Positions 28,316 to 36,789 of a stretch of 64,000 bases of DNA are shown here, piece after piece (positions within the stretch are counted from its first letter, which is position 1; every line of letters begins with the position of its first letter). The stretch is from an uncultured Chthoniobacter sp. (GTDB taxonomy: Bacteria; Verrucomicrobiota; Verrucomicrobiia; Chthoniobacterales; Terrimicrobiaceae): contig CAZRIL010000001.1 in the NCBI GenBank assembly GCA_964600115.1, positions 42,810 to 106,809 on the forward strand, in the 5' to 3' direction. The position numbers were made by a program, and so were the translations under genes. The notes beneath the pieces are model-generated. The model was not told the origin of the DNA. It was given only the letters and a program-made list of their open reading frames with translations, and ran no database searches.

Positions 28316-29594
28316 TCGGCTCGATGGAGTATTTGCCGGCGTCGGATTCGTCCAATGTTCTGCGGACATTACGGATCCGCAACCGGCGGACCCCGTCGGC
28401 ATAGAGCCAAGGGATTTGTCCTTTTTCCAGAGGAGGACATTCCGCTGGCTGGAGGTCAATCCATGTGCCGAGCAGCGGGCGGTTGCTTCCCCCGGACAGC
28501 CGCAGGCTCCAATCGTCGAGCGAAATATCCCGGATGTTTCCCTCCGCTCCCGCAATCACGATGCCCCCCTCCGTCGCTCCCCGGACATGTGAGACATCAA
28601 CGGCTTCGATTCTGCCCGAGCCGGCGGTCATGATGGCAAGCGGTTCGCCTTTGCCCCACCAGAAACCGGCGAACAGGCGCGTGTGCATGATGATGTTCGA
28701 TGCCCGGACGTTTTCGACCCATCCTCCATCTCCGGCGCAAACCAGAAGACCACGGTTGCCGTCGGATATCACAAGGTCGCTGCACACCACATTCCGCACC
28801 TTGCTTGCCAGGTGGCCGATGCGGACGGCCGCCGACCGGGAAACCATCGTGCACTGAGATATGACTATGTTCTCCGATGGCCGTTCCCACTCGGTGATGC
28901 CGCCCACCGCCACGCAATCATCCGCGCAATGGAAGACGCATCCAGTGATGAGAACATCGCGGCTCGCGCTCACATGGACCCCGTCGCAGTTGGGGACATT
29001 CAGATGGTTTTGCACCGTGATCCCGCGGACTTTGACATCGCGGCATGCGCTGAACGTCAGCGTCCAGCAGGGCGATTGCCGCAGTAGGAGATCCTCGACA
29101 ACCAGCCGATCGCAATTGTGGAAAAAGACCGGCTGTGTCGGCCGCGCCTTCGCAACGACAGTCATCTCCGCAATCTGTCTCGCGCTGTATTTCGGCAGGT
29201 TGCCCGCATCCTTGTCCCGAAGATCCGGCTGGTCCATCTCCATGAATGCCGGATGGTTGAAATCAATTTCTCCAGCACCACGCAGCCGGATGTTCCTCTG
29301 GCCGATCGCCCAGAGAAGCGAGCGGACATCGCCGAACTCGTTGTGAAAAAACGGGACGGGCGGGTAGTCGGCAAGATCCGGTGATCCACGAAGCACAGCG
29401 CCTCCCGAAAGTTCTATCGTCACATGCGAACGCAGTTCCACGCTGCCGATAAGGAACTCACCGGGAGGAATAGAAACAACCCCGCCGCCTTTGGCTGCGC
29501 AGAGGTCCACCGCCGCTTGCAGCGCTTTCGTCCAAAGAGAGCCGGCGCAATGCTGCTCAAAATCAGTCAGGGAATATCTCATATCAACCTTCAT
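28281..29594 (-). CDS. Glycoside hydrolase family 28 (polygalacturonase-like beta-helix)
   Basis: GGGVVSIPPGEFLIGSVEL, NCDGVHV and GCVFHCADDCVAV match GH28 motifs (NxDG, G-DD-C-A). The 3' end overlaps the convergent gene by 35 nt. Confidence 0.8.
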   Translation of the reverse strand: MKVDMRYSLTDFEQHCAGSLWTKALQAAVDLCAAKGGGVVSIPPGEFLIGSVELRSHVTIELSGGAVLRGSPDLADYPPVPFFHNEFGDVRSLLWAIGQRNIRLRGAGEIDFNHPAFMEMDQPDLRDKDAGNLPKYSARQIAEMTVVAKARPTQPVFFHNCDRLVVEDLLLRQSPCWTLTFSACRDVKVRGITVQNHLNVPNCDGVHVSASRDVLITGCVFHCADDCVAVGGITEWERPSENIVISQCTMVSRSAAVRIGHLASKVRNVVCSDLVISDGNRGLLVCAGDGGWVENVRASNIIMHTRLFAGFWWGKGEPLAIMTAGSGRIEAVDVSHVRGATEGGIVIAGAEGNIRDISLDDWSLRLSGGSNRPLLGTWIDLQPAECPPLEKGQIPWLYADGVRRLRIRNVRRTLDESDAGKYSIEPIIRNSGMEAAP

Positions 29595-29725
29595 AAATAC
29601 CCGCCCTTTCCGGCGCTGGCTAGAAGCACGTCACGTGCGTCCGCCCGCGCAATGGCGATCGCCTCGCCGATGCCTCTTGTGGATCCGGTGACGGGAGCGG
29701 ATTTTTGATTGGGTGAAAAACTCAT
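29591..29725 (-). pseudogene. 44-codon relic of a short-chain dehydrogenase/reductase N-terminus
   Basis: MSFSPNQKSAPVTGSTRGIGEAIAIA... carries the SDR TGxxxGIG Rossmann motif, then terminates after 44 codons. ATGA overlaps at both ends, with the iclR-family stop and with the GH28 start. Confidence 0.55.
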
Positions 29726-30480
29726 TTGGAATCCTTTCCTGACTCGGATTTGACGAGACGTCCCATGGCTCTGGCGCATTTTTTCAACTGCTTTTGAAGC
29801 ACGGGCTGCCGCGGTTCAGAGAACTCTTCCGGCCAGCCGACAATCGACAAAGCCACAGTTTGTTCCGCGGCCAAGGCAACAGGCGCCGACAGGGCCCAGA
29901 TCGAGGGGTGCACCACCCCGAAAGCCCGCGCCACTCCGCTTTGTGCGCTATCCCGGATTTGGTTTTCAACCTCTTCCCTGCAGTGCCGCTCCCAATAGTT
30001 CGCTGGCGCCGCCGACAGAATTCTGCGGGATTCCGATTCCGGCATATGCGCCATGAGAACGACTCCCGCCGAACCCGCTTCGAGCAGGTGGATACGCGCT
30101 CCGACCGGTGTGGAAATCAGGTTCATCCTTTTTGCTTCCGCACGCATCGCAGTTACCGCATAGCGGCCTTCCCTGAGAGAGATTTTTGCGGACAACCCCG
30201 TCTCCTCGGCCAACTGCTCCAGCAGGGGCCGCACCAGCAGCAGCTGCCGGTCAACATCGGAACAGGCGCGCACGATACGCGCCAGGCCGAACGCAACATG
30301 GTATTCCCCGCGATCTCCCTCCCGAATCCAATTGGCCTGCCCGAGCGTCCGCAGGATGCGGTAGCACGTGGCCGGGGGGATCTCCAATTGCGATGAGAGT
30401 TGCTTCGCCGTAAGGCCGCCGTTTGTCCCCAGCGCACCCACCACGGAAATCGCCTTTTGGAGAACGGGGATCGTTGTCAT
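29722..30480 (-). CDS. IclR family transcriptional regulator
   Basis: N-terminal winged HTH LTAKQLSSQLEIPPATCYRILRTLGQANWI followed by an IclR-type effector domain of about 170 aa. Confidence 0.85.
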   Translation of the reverse strand: MTTIPVLQKAISVVGALGTNGGLTAKQLSSQLEIPPATCYRILRTLGQANWIREGDRGEYHVAFGLARIVRACSDVDRQLLLVRPLLEQLAEETGLSAKISLREGRYAVTAMRAEAKRMNLISTPVGARIHLLEAGSAGVVLMAHMPESESRRILSAAPANYWERHCREEVENQIRDSAQSGVARAFGVVHPSIWALSAPVALAAEQTVALSIVGWPEEFSEPRQPVLQKQLKKCARAMGRLVKSESGKDSK

Positions 30481-30951
30481 GCCGTATGAGAATAATTATC
30501 ATAACAGATAAAAATAGTGTCAATAGAGATTTGACGGAGAGAACGAAAATTGGGAGATGTTTGTGGGGTGCCATGAAATTTGCTGATCTTAGCGTCCGAG
30601 CGGCGGCGATCCCGGTCACTTACCGGCTCCGCCGAAATGCAGGGGTGCATCCCGGCGGCATTCTGCGGACAATCCCCGAACTGATTTCCACCCGTGGGAT
30701 TGTTGGTCCCGGCGAGGTTGGCGGTGGAGACCGGCGCGCGGCTTTGACAAAACGGAAACCGCGGATTGTCGGGAGGGATCGGACACGTCTGGAATCCATC
30801 AAGCCCGCTTCCGTGGACCTCGACTTGGAAAAATCGACAACTACGAGCGCAAAGATGACAAGCGCGGCGGCTGCTGCACGCGATTTCACGAGGATGCCAA
30901 ACATACTGACCGGTATCCGATCGCGGGAGGAATTTAACCAGACATCGATCA

Positions 30952-32349
30952 ATGAGTAAAAAATCCACCGCATCCATAACGTCCGCCAACGCGATCAGGC
31001 TGCTCGAGAAATTCGAGAGATGCCCGCCTGTGATCGAGGAGCGCATTCGCCTGGGCATCGAGAACAACCGCAAGGGAACCGGACGCCTGCGGTTTCTCAA
31101 TTCCCGGGGCCGGCCGGTCGCAGGCGTCAAGTTCAGCCTCAGGCTGGTCCGGCATCAATTCCTTTTCGGGGCAAATGCCTTCATGCTCGGCGGGCTTCCG
31201 ACGGCCGGGCAGAACAATGCCTATGAGAAAGCGTTCACCGGGATATTCAACTCCGCGGTTGTTCCGTTTTATTGGTCGGGCACCGAGCCCGAGCCCGGGG
31301 AGTTGCGATTCGACGCGGGCAGCCGGCCGATCCACCGTCGTCCGCCGACCGACCTCCTGCTGGATTTTTGCAGCAGGAACGAGCTGGTGCCGAAAGCCCA
31401 CTGCCTTGTCTGGCATCAGTTTCTTCCGAAGTGGCTGCCGAAGGATCCCTCAAAAGTCATGGGGCTGCTTTGCAAGAGGATGGATGAGATCGCCGCCCGG
31501 TATGGCGACAAAATTGCGCTTTGGGATGTCGTGAATGAGCCCATGGAGAAATGCCTGTTCCCGGACCGGGACATCTTTCCGAAGGACTATGTTTTCAAAT
31601 CTTTCGAGCACGCACAAAAGGTTTTCCCGGAGACCTGCCGGCTAATTCTGAATGAGGCGACGACATTTTCCTGGAAGGAATTCCACCAGGAGACGAGCGG
31701 GTTCGATTTGCTCGCCCGCAACCTCCTTTTGCGCGGTGCGCGCCTTGGTGGGCTGGGGATGCAATACCATTGCTTCTTCTACGGGCCCGGCGGAATGTTC
31801 GCCCCCAACAGTTTTCTCCCCGGCTCGGACGCTTATCTCGCCCAGGGCCAGCACCTGCTGAACCCGGAGCATTTTCTGGATGTCCTCGACAGTTACGGTG
31901 CCATAAGGCTTCCGATCCAAATCTCGGAAATCACACTGCCCTCCTATGAGGATATTCCCGATGGCGAGCAACTCCAGGCCCGGCTTGCGGAGGAACTCTA
32001 CCGGGTCTGGTTCAGCCACGCCGCGGTCGATGGAATTTACTGGTGGAATCTGATGGACGGGACCGCGCATGGTGGCGAAACATCTTTGAAGTCCGGACTG
32101 CTCCGCGCGGATCAGAGCCTCAAGCCGGCCTATGCGGCACTTGAGAACCTGATCAAACGGGAGTGGACGACTGTCCTGGATGGAACGGCTGACGGCCCCA
32201 CCCTTTTCCGCGGATTCCACGGGGATTACGAACTCGAAGCCGAGGTGGAAGGCCGCGTGTCGAAGCACCGTTTCACCCTTGGTTCAGAGGGGGAAAAATT
32301 TGTGGACATCCCTCTGTTTACCGAAGCTTCCGGATACGAGGGGCTGTAA
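30952..32349 (+). CDS. Glycoside hydrolase family 10-like (endo-beta-1,4-xylanase fold), apparently cytoplasmic
   Basis: Acid/base motif LWDVVNEP and nucleophile-type motif IQISEITLPS. No obvious signal peptide. Confidence 0.7.
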   Translation: MSKKSTASITSANAIRLLEKFERCPPVIEERIRLGIENNRKGTGRLRFLNSRGRPVAGVKFSLRLVRHQFLFGANAFMLGGLPTAGQNNAYEKAFTGIFNSAVVPFYWSGTEPEPGELRFDAGSRPIHRRPPTDLLLDFCSRNELVPKAHCLVWHQFLPKWLPKDPSKVMGLLCKRMDEIAARYGDKIALWDVVNEPMEKCLFPDRDIFPKDYVFKSFEHAQKVFPETCRLILNEATTFSWKEFHQETSGFDLLARNLLLRGARLGGLGMQYHCFFYGPGGMFAPNSFLPGSDAYLAQGQHLLNPEHFLDVLDSYGAIRLPIQISEITLPSYEDIPDGEQLQARLAEELYRVWFSHAAVDGIYWWNLMDGTAHGGETSLKSGLLRADQSLKPAYAALENLIKREWTTVLDGTADGPTLFRGFHGDYELEAEVEGRVSKHRFTLGSEGEKFVDIPLFTEASGYEGL

Positions 32350-32367
32350 AAGTCCCCGCACCAGGGA

Positions 32368-33144
32368 TCAGCCACACATGGCCGCCCGGCAGCATCTGTA
32401 AGAGCGATCCAAAGCTGCAACGGGGTTGCCGCCGGGGAGGAACTCGTGCCCGATGACGCCGGCGTAGCCTGAGGCGGAGATCGCCCGGTAGATGGCGGGA
32501 TAGTTCATCTCCTGGGACTCGTCCGGTTCCCCGCGACCGGGGTTCCCTGCTGTGTGGTAGTGGGCGATATGCTTCGCGGATTGCCGGACCCGGCGGATGA
32601 TGTCGCCCTCCATGATCTGCATATGGTATAGGTCGCAGAGAATTTTTACGGCTGGCGACCCCACCTCCTCGCACACACGTGCCCCCCACGACAGATGGTC
32701 AAATTGGTAATCCGGGTGGTCCACTCTGCTGTTGAGCAGCTCCATGGCCAGCACGACGCCCGCCGCCTCGGCCCGGGGGGCGATGCGGGAAAGCGTCTTC
32801 GCACACTGGCGCAGGCCGGAGTCGTCGTCCAATCCCTCACGGTTGCCGGAAAAGCAAATGAGGATGGGAATTTCCCATTCGACCGCTTGATCGAGACGCC
32901 GCTCTAGTTCGTTGACGATACGGTCGGCATTTTCCGGGCGGTTCAAGCCGGCCCCGATGCTCTGGTGTCCGGCCACGGCAACGATCTTCAATCCATGGTC
33001 CTTGGCGAGAGGCCAGAGGGAATCGTTCAGTAGTTCCACCCCGTGATATCCGATCCGGGCGGCCTCTGTGAGCAACGGGGCATCCTCCACGCCACGGTTG
33101 GAAAAGCACCACCATGCAAACGACTGGAGAGGGGATTCATTCAT
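32368..33144 (-). CDS. Sugar phosphate isomerase/epimerase (xylose-isomerase-like TIM barrel, hydroxypyruvate-isomerase-type)
   Basis: 258-aa protein with ...IAHYHTAGNPGRGEPDESQEMNYPAIYRAI..., typical of Hyi-like TIM-barrel proteins. Its start lies 1 nt after the stop of the upstream gene on the minus strand. Confidence 0.7.
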   Translation of the reverse strand: MNESPLQSFAWWCFSNRGVEDAPLLTEAARIGYHGVELLNDSLWPLAKDHGLKIVAVAGHQSIGAGLNRPENADRIVNELERRLDQAVEWEIPILICFSGNREGLDDDSGLRQCAKTLSRIAPRAEAAGVVLAMELLNSRVDHPDYQFDHLSWGARVCEEVGSPAVKILCDLYHMQIMEGDIIRRVRQSAKHIAHYHTAGNPGRGEPDESQEMNYPAIYRAISASGYAGVIGHEFLPGGNPVAALDRSYRCCRAAMCG

Positions 33145-33145
33145 A

Positions 33146-36100
33146 TCACTCGATCAACTTCATTCTGCCCCAGCTCAGAGGGAGGGTGCGGACGCTGAGA
33201 TCTTTTCTCCTCGGCCAGAAGACCTCGCGAGGGTAGTCAGCCCCGCGCACGGACAGGTTGGCATTAACCCCGAATTCCCCGCCTGTGCGGGGCGGGTAGT
33301 TCTGGAACGCGGATGCGGGCAGGAGGAATTCCATGACGTAGCCGTCGGCGGTGCGGCGGGCCGCGCTTTTCGTGAGCGGGATATCGTAGCGGTTCTCCGG
33401 GATCTCTTTGTTTGCTTTCCACTGCCCGGCATAAACGCGGTTGCCTTTAAAGTCGGGAACGAACCAGAACTGATGGTCACCGGTTTCAAAGGCGTTGTTC
33501 TTCTTTGCCGGATCGGTTGAGAGAAAGAGCTCCAGAGCATCGCCTTCCCAGAATGTGCGGGGGTGTTTCGTGAGGCCCTGCGAATTTTTCACCTCCACAG
33601 CGCCGTAGAGCCCCTCGGGCGACCAGGCGAGCCAGAGCCGGGCGTCCGGGTTTCCGCGGCTCGATCCCAGCATCCAATCCGGCAGGTTCGAGTCCTTAGG
33701 CCAGCCGGTTAGCTTGCCGTCGATTTTGAGATTTTGCGCGCGCTTGAGCGGGAAGCGGTTCGGGATCACCGGTGCCTGCACGGAGACTCCCTTTGAGGAT
33801 TTGAAAACCGCCAGGGCGCTCTCCTCGCTTTTCCAATCGGCGCTCCACGTGAGGTCCATTGTGATCGTGCGGCGTTCCCCCGGTTTCAGCGCGGCGACAG
33901 CGAACTCGGTGACCGGTGCCTGCCAGGCGGAAGGAAGCTTCAGGGAAATCGTCCCCTCCTGGACCTGCGCGGAGCGGTTTTCGATTTGCACATCGACAGA
34001 GGCTTTGCCGGGCAGTCCCTCCAAAGGCGAAACATCCAGCGAAAACGGTCTCTGAACAACGAGGTCCAACGGCATGGTTTTCACGACATGGCCCGCCTCC
34101 TGAAAATCGACATGGGCCTGTGCACGGCCAAGATCCTGCCGGGCGGGAACAGTGAATTTTAAAACCAGATCCCGCGTTTCCCCCGGCGGGACCGAGTAGG
34201 TTGCTTCGCCCTGGGTTGTGGTCCAGCCGGCGGGTGGAACGATGGCGGCTTTGCCGTCAATCGTGCTTTCCCGGTTGTTACTGACCCTCGCAGCGACCTC
34301 CACGGTATCGTCCGTCGATGCGACGATCATGTGGTTCGACTCGATGCTGTAGGCGGTCTGCGCGTAGAGCGGATCGGTTTTTTTGAGCCCTGCGGCATAG
34401 AGGGGAAAGGATGTCAGGGGAGCCGACAGGCCCTCAACCTTGTTGCCGAGGTAGTCGGAGAGCACCTCCGCCTGGAAGGTGACCGGCGGCCCTTTGTCTC
34501 CGGTGATGGTCCACAAACCGGCGACCAGCTTTCCGTTGTTTTCAAAAACATATCCTGCGGTATTTGGCCCTGCATTGATGCTCCCCACATAGACCGGGTT
34601 GGGAAGGATGGACGAAAGTCCGGCCATCGCTGCGAACGACAGCTTGGGTTCATGCCGGTGGTTGATGAGCCCGCAGCCGTCGAAAAATGTCCCTGCCTTC
34701 GCCTCGTCCACGTCGAAATTGTAAAACCAGAACGCCTTGTCGGTGCCCGCCGCAAGCGCGAGGAGAAACCCGCGCTGCAGGTAAGCCGCCTGCTGGGCCG
34801 GCGTCACGACCGGACCGGCCAGCGTGTCCCAGCCAAACTCGGTCAACCAATGCTCGCGCTTCTTTCCGTCGGCAATGCCCGCGCGCTTGGCCGCGCGCAA
34901 GGTGTCGAAGAACGAGCCCGGACGGCGGCCCTCCGGCAACCGCTCTCCGCTGTTGAAATTGTCGGCGTTCGTCTCGGGAGGCTCCGTGCCGGTGTAATGG
35001 TGCGAGTTGACGACGCCGATTTGGTCGAAAGATCCGTTTTTCACCGCATCTTCCACAAAAACCGGATAGATCCCGGAGCGACCGTTCTCGACCGCCGTGA
35101 GCTGGCCGTCGCCGAGCAGCGAGACCAGCTCGCCGAATTTTTTGTGGTAGAGGTTGTAGTTCTTCCACCCTACGGCGCGTTCATCCATGGCGTGCCTCAA
35201 GTCGTATTCATTTCCCAGCTCCCAAAACCGGAGTTTCGGAAAGCTGACCAGGATGTCCGCCATATCGAGCACCCATTTCCTGTCCGGGCCCATCCGGACC
35301 ACTTTCCCGCCGGCCACGACCGGGGGTTCCACCGTGAACAGTACCGGGAGGCAGATGAGGCCGAGGCGCTCGTAATCCGCGAGGATGCCCGGGTAGTTCG
35401 GCCAGCCCTTGTAGCTCCGGTCCGCGCCCTTCGCTCGCCGCAGCCACTCGAGTTGGAACGCGTAATCCCGATACCAGTAGAAGCCCGCCTTTTTGAATGC
35501 CTCAAAGAGCCTGTCTCCTCCACCGTGGTAGTTGATCCCGTATGGCGAGGCCAGCTTCTGCGCCTCCGTCGGCTCCGGCAGGACGGGCACATTCGCCAGA
35601 GCGAGGCTCTTGTCCAGCGTGGACTTGTCGGCCCATTCCAGATGGGCGGAGACTTTGTAAATCCCGTAGCGCGCGGCCTTGATCGGGTATGTCCGGCTCA
35701 GCGGCGCCTCGACATGGACCGCCTCGTCCCACGCCTGCACCTCGGCACCGTTCTGGTCGGTCACGCGAAAACTGGCTTTGCCATCCAGCGCACCCGGCTT
35801 CCAATTGACGATCTGCATCGTGCATGAGACCGGATTCCCGGCGAATATATTCGCCTGCTCGCCAGTGGAAAGGCTCACGTTAAGTAGCGGCGTGGCGGGT
35901 GCCGCCTTCAGCGCCTTGGCGGCGTCGAGCGGCGAGGGCTCCGGCTTCCAGGAGCGAAGCAATCCGGTGGCGGGATCCACATCGGACAGGTCGGTTTCCG
36001 CCTCGATTCCCCCCACGAAATAGTCCGCAGCCACCGGGTCGGTTTTGAACGAGAAATTATGCGAGGCGATCCCCGAAATTCCCACCGGCCGCACCCAGTC

Positions 36101-36586
36101 CCCGGGCACGTCAAATGTCACCGTCTGCCACTCCGGTTTCGAATCCAGCTTCAGGTCCCATGCCAGATCCTTGCCGTCCGCCTTGACCCTTCCCCAGCCG
36201 TCCGAAAAGACAACCTTCAGGGGAATCCGGCTGTCCGGCCGCTTGACCCGCATGGTGATCCGTTTTGCGTTCCCGGGGATATAAAGGGGCTTCGGCGGTT
36301 CCGCCGTAAAATGCTCGAATCCCTGGCCTCCGAATGCGATGTGGACTTTCATGCTCCCGCCAACCGGCATGTCCGGCGCCCGCTCGGGAACAAGCGCGAT
36401 GCTCCCAGGAGCCATGCTGTAGCGCGACGGACTCCAAACGGTACCGGTAAAATCCTCCAGGATTTTCCGCGCGTCCGACGGCTCCGCGCCGCGAACGGGA
36501 CCTGTTCCGACCATTGCCAAAGAAATGAGAAATGCCGACACGGCACGCGGCAAAGATAAGAAAGAAACGGGAGAGATGGAGTTCAT
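33146..36586 (-). CDS. Large secreted multidomain glycoside hydrolase, clan GH-A core with C-terminal CBM9-like module
   Basis: Signal peptide from MNSISPVSFLSLPRAVSAFLISLAMVG. Acid/base motif RFWELGNEYDL and nucleophile motif HWLTEFGWDT. The C-terminal WLAWSPEGLYGAVEV...FWEGDALELFLS resembles CBM9/DOMON-type modules. The track ORF start at 36652 would place the palindromic site inside the CDS. Confidence 0.7.
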   Translation of the reverse strand: MNSISPVSFLSLPRAVSAFLISLAMVGTGPVRGAEPSDARKILEDFTGTVWSPSRYSMAPGSIALVPERAPDMPVGGSMKVHIAFGGQGFEHFTAEPPKPLYIPGNAKRITMRVKRPDSRIPLKVVFSDGWGRVKADGKDLAWDLKLDSKPEWQTVTFDVPGDWVRPVGISGIASHNFSFKTDPVAADYFVGGIEAETDLSDVDPATGLLRSWKPEPSPLDAAKALKAAPATPLLNVSLSTGEQANIFAGNPVSCTMQIVNWKPGALDGKASFRVTDQNGAEVQAWDEAVHVEAPLSRTYPIKAARYGIYKVSAHLEWADKSTLDKSLALANVPVLPEPTEAQKLASPYGINYHGGGDRLFEAFKKAGFYWYRDYAFQLEWLRRAKGADRSYKGWPNYPGILADYERLGLICLPVLFTVEPPVVAGGKVVRMGPDRKWVLDMADILVSFPKLRFWELGNEYDLRHAMDERAVGWKNYNLYHKKFGELVSLLGDGQLTAVENGRSGIYPVFVEDAVKNGSFDQIGVVNSHHYTGTEPPETNADNFNSGERLPEGRRPGSFFDTLRAAKRAGIADGKKREHWLTEFGWDTLAGPVVTPAQQAAYLQRGFLLALAAGTDKAFWFYNFDVDEAKAGTFFDGCGLINHRHEPKLSFAAMAGLSSILPNPVYVGSINAGPNTAGYVFENNGKLVAGLWTITGDKGPPVTFQAEVLSDYLGNKVEGLSAPLTSFPLYAAGLKKTDPLYAQTAYSIESNHMIVASTDDTVEVAARVSNNRESTIDGKAAIVPPAGWTTTQGEATYSVPPGETRDLVLKFTVPARQDLGRAQAHVDFQEAGHVVKTMPLDLVVQRPFSLDVSPLEGLPGKASVDVQIENRSAQVQEGTISLKLPSAWQAPVTEFAVAALKPGERRTITMDLTWSADWKSEESALAVFKSSKGVSVQAPVIPNRFPLKRAQNLKIDGKLTGWPKDSNLPDWMLGSSRGNPDARLWLAWSPEGLYGAVEVKNSQGLTKHPRTFWEGDALELFLSTDPAKKNNAFETGDHQFWFVPDFKGNRVYAGQWKANKEIPENRYDIPLTKSAARRTADGYVMEFLLPASAFQNYPPRTGGEFGVNANLSVRGADYPREVFWPRRKDLSVRTLPLSWGRMKLIE

Positions 36587-36601
36587 GGGAGCAAAGTGAA
36601 T

Positions 36602-36613
36602 GGGAACATTCCC
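36602..36613. promoter_or_regulatory. Palindromic site GGGAACATTCCC (preceded by an extra GTGAAT half-site)
   Basis: About 21 nt upstream of the minus-strand start at 36586 of the giant GH-A gene. Confidence 0.5.
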
Positions 36614-36730
36614 GCTTTTTGGGCTCCCGTCAAGCACGGGCGAACAGGACACTTCTGCATGAAGCAGGAGACATGGTGGACAGCATTGCCGCCTTTCAGC
36701 GATCCTCCAGGGGAGGGATCTTCTGAATCC

Positions 36731-36742
36731 GTGAATGTTCCC
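36731..36742. promoter_or_regulatory. Palindromic site GTGAATGTTCCC
   Basis: About 53 nt upstream of ATG 36790 of GH94-like copy 2. It is the second site in the same divergent region. Confidence 0.5.
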
Positions 36743-36789
36743 GCCGCTATTGACGAACGGGTGTTCATCGGATGAAATGGCCGGGACGC

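Noticed and set aside
36587-36652. N-terminal extension of the giant GH-A gene to GTG 36652, as in the ORF track.
   Set aside because: The extension (MSCSPVLDGSPKSGNVPIHFAP) has no signal-peptide character and would bury the GGGAACATTCCC site in the CDS. ATG 36586 gives a normal signal peptide.
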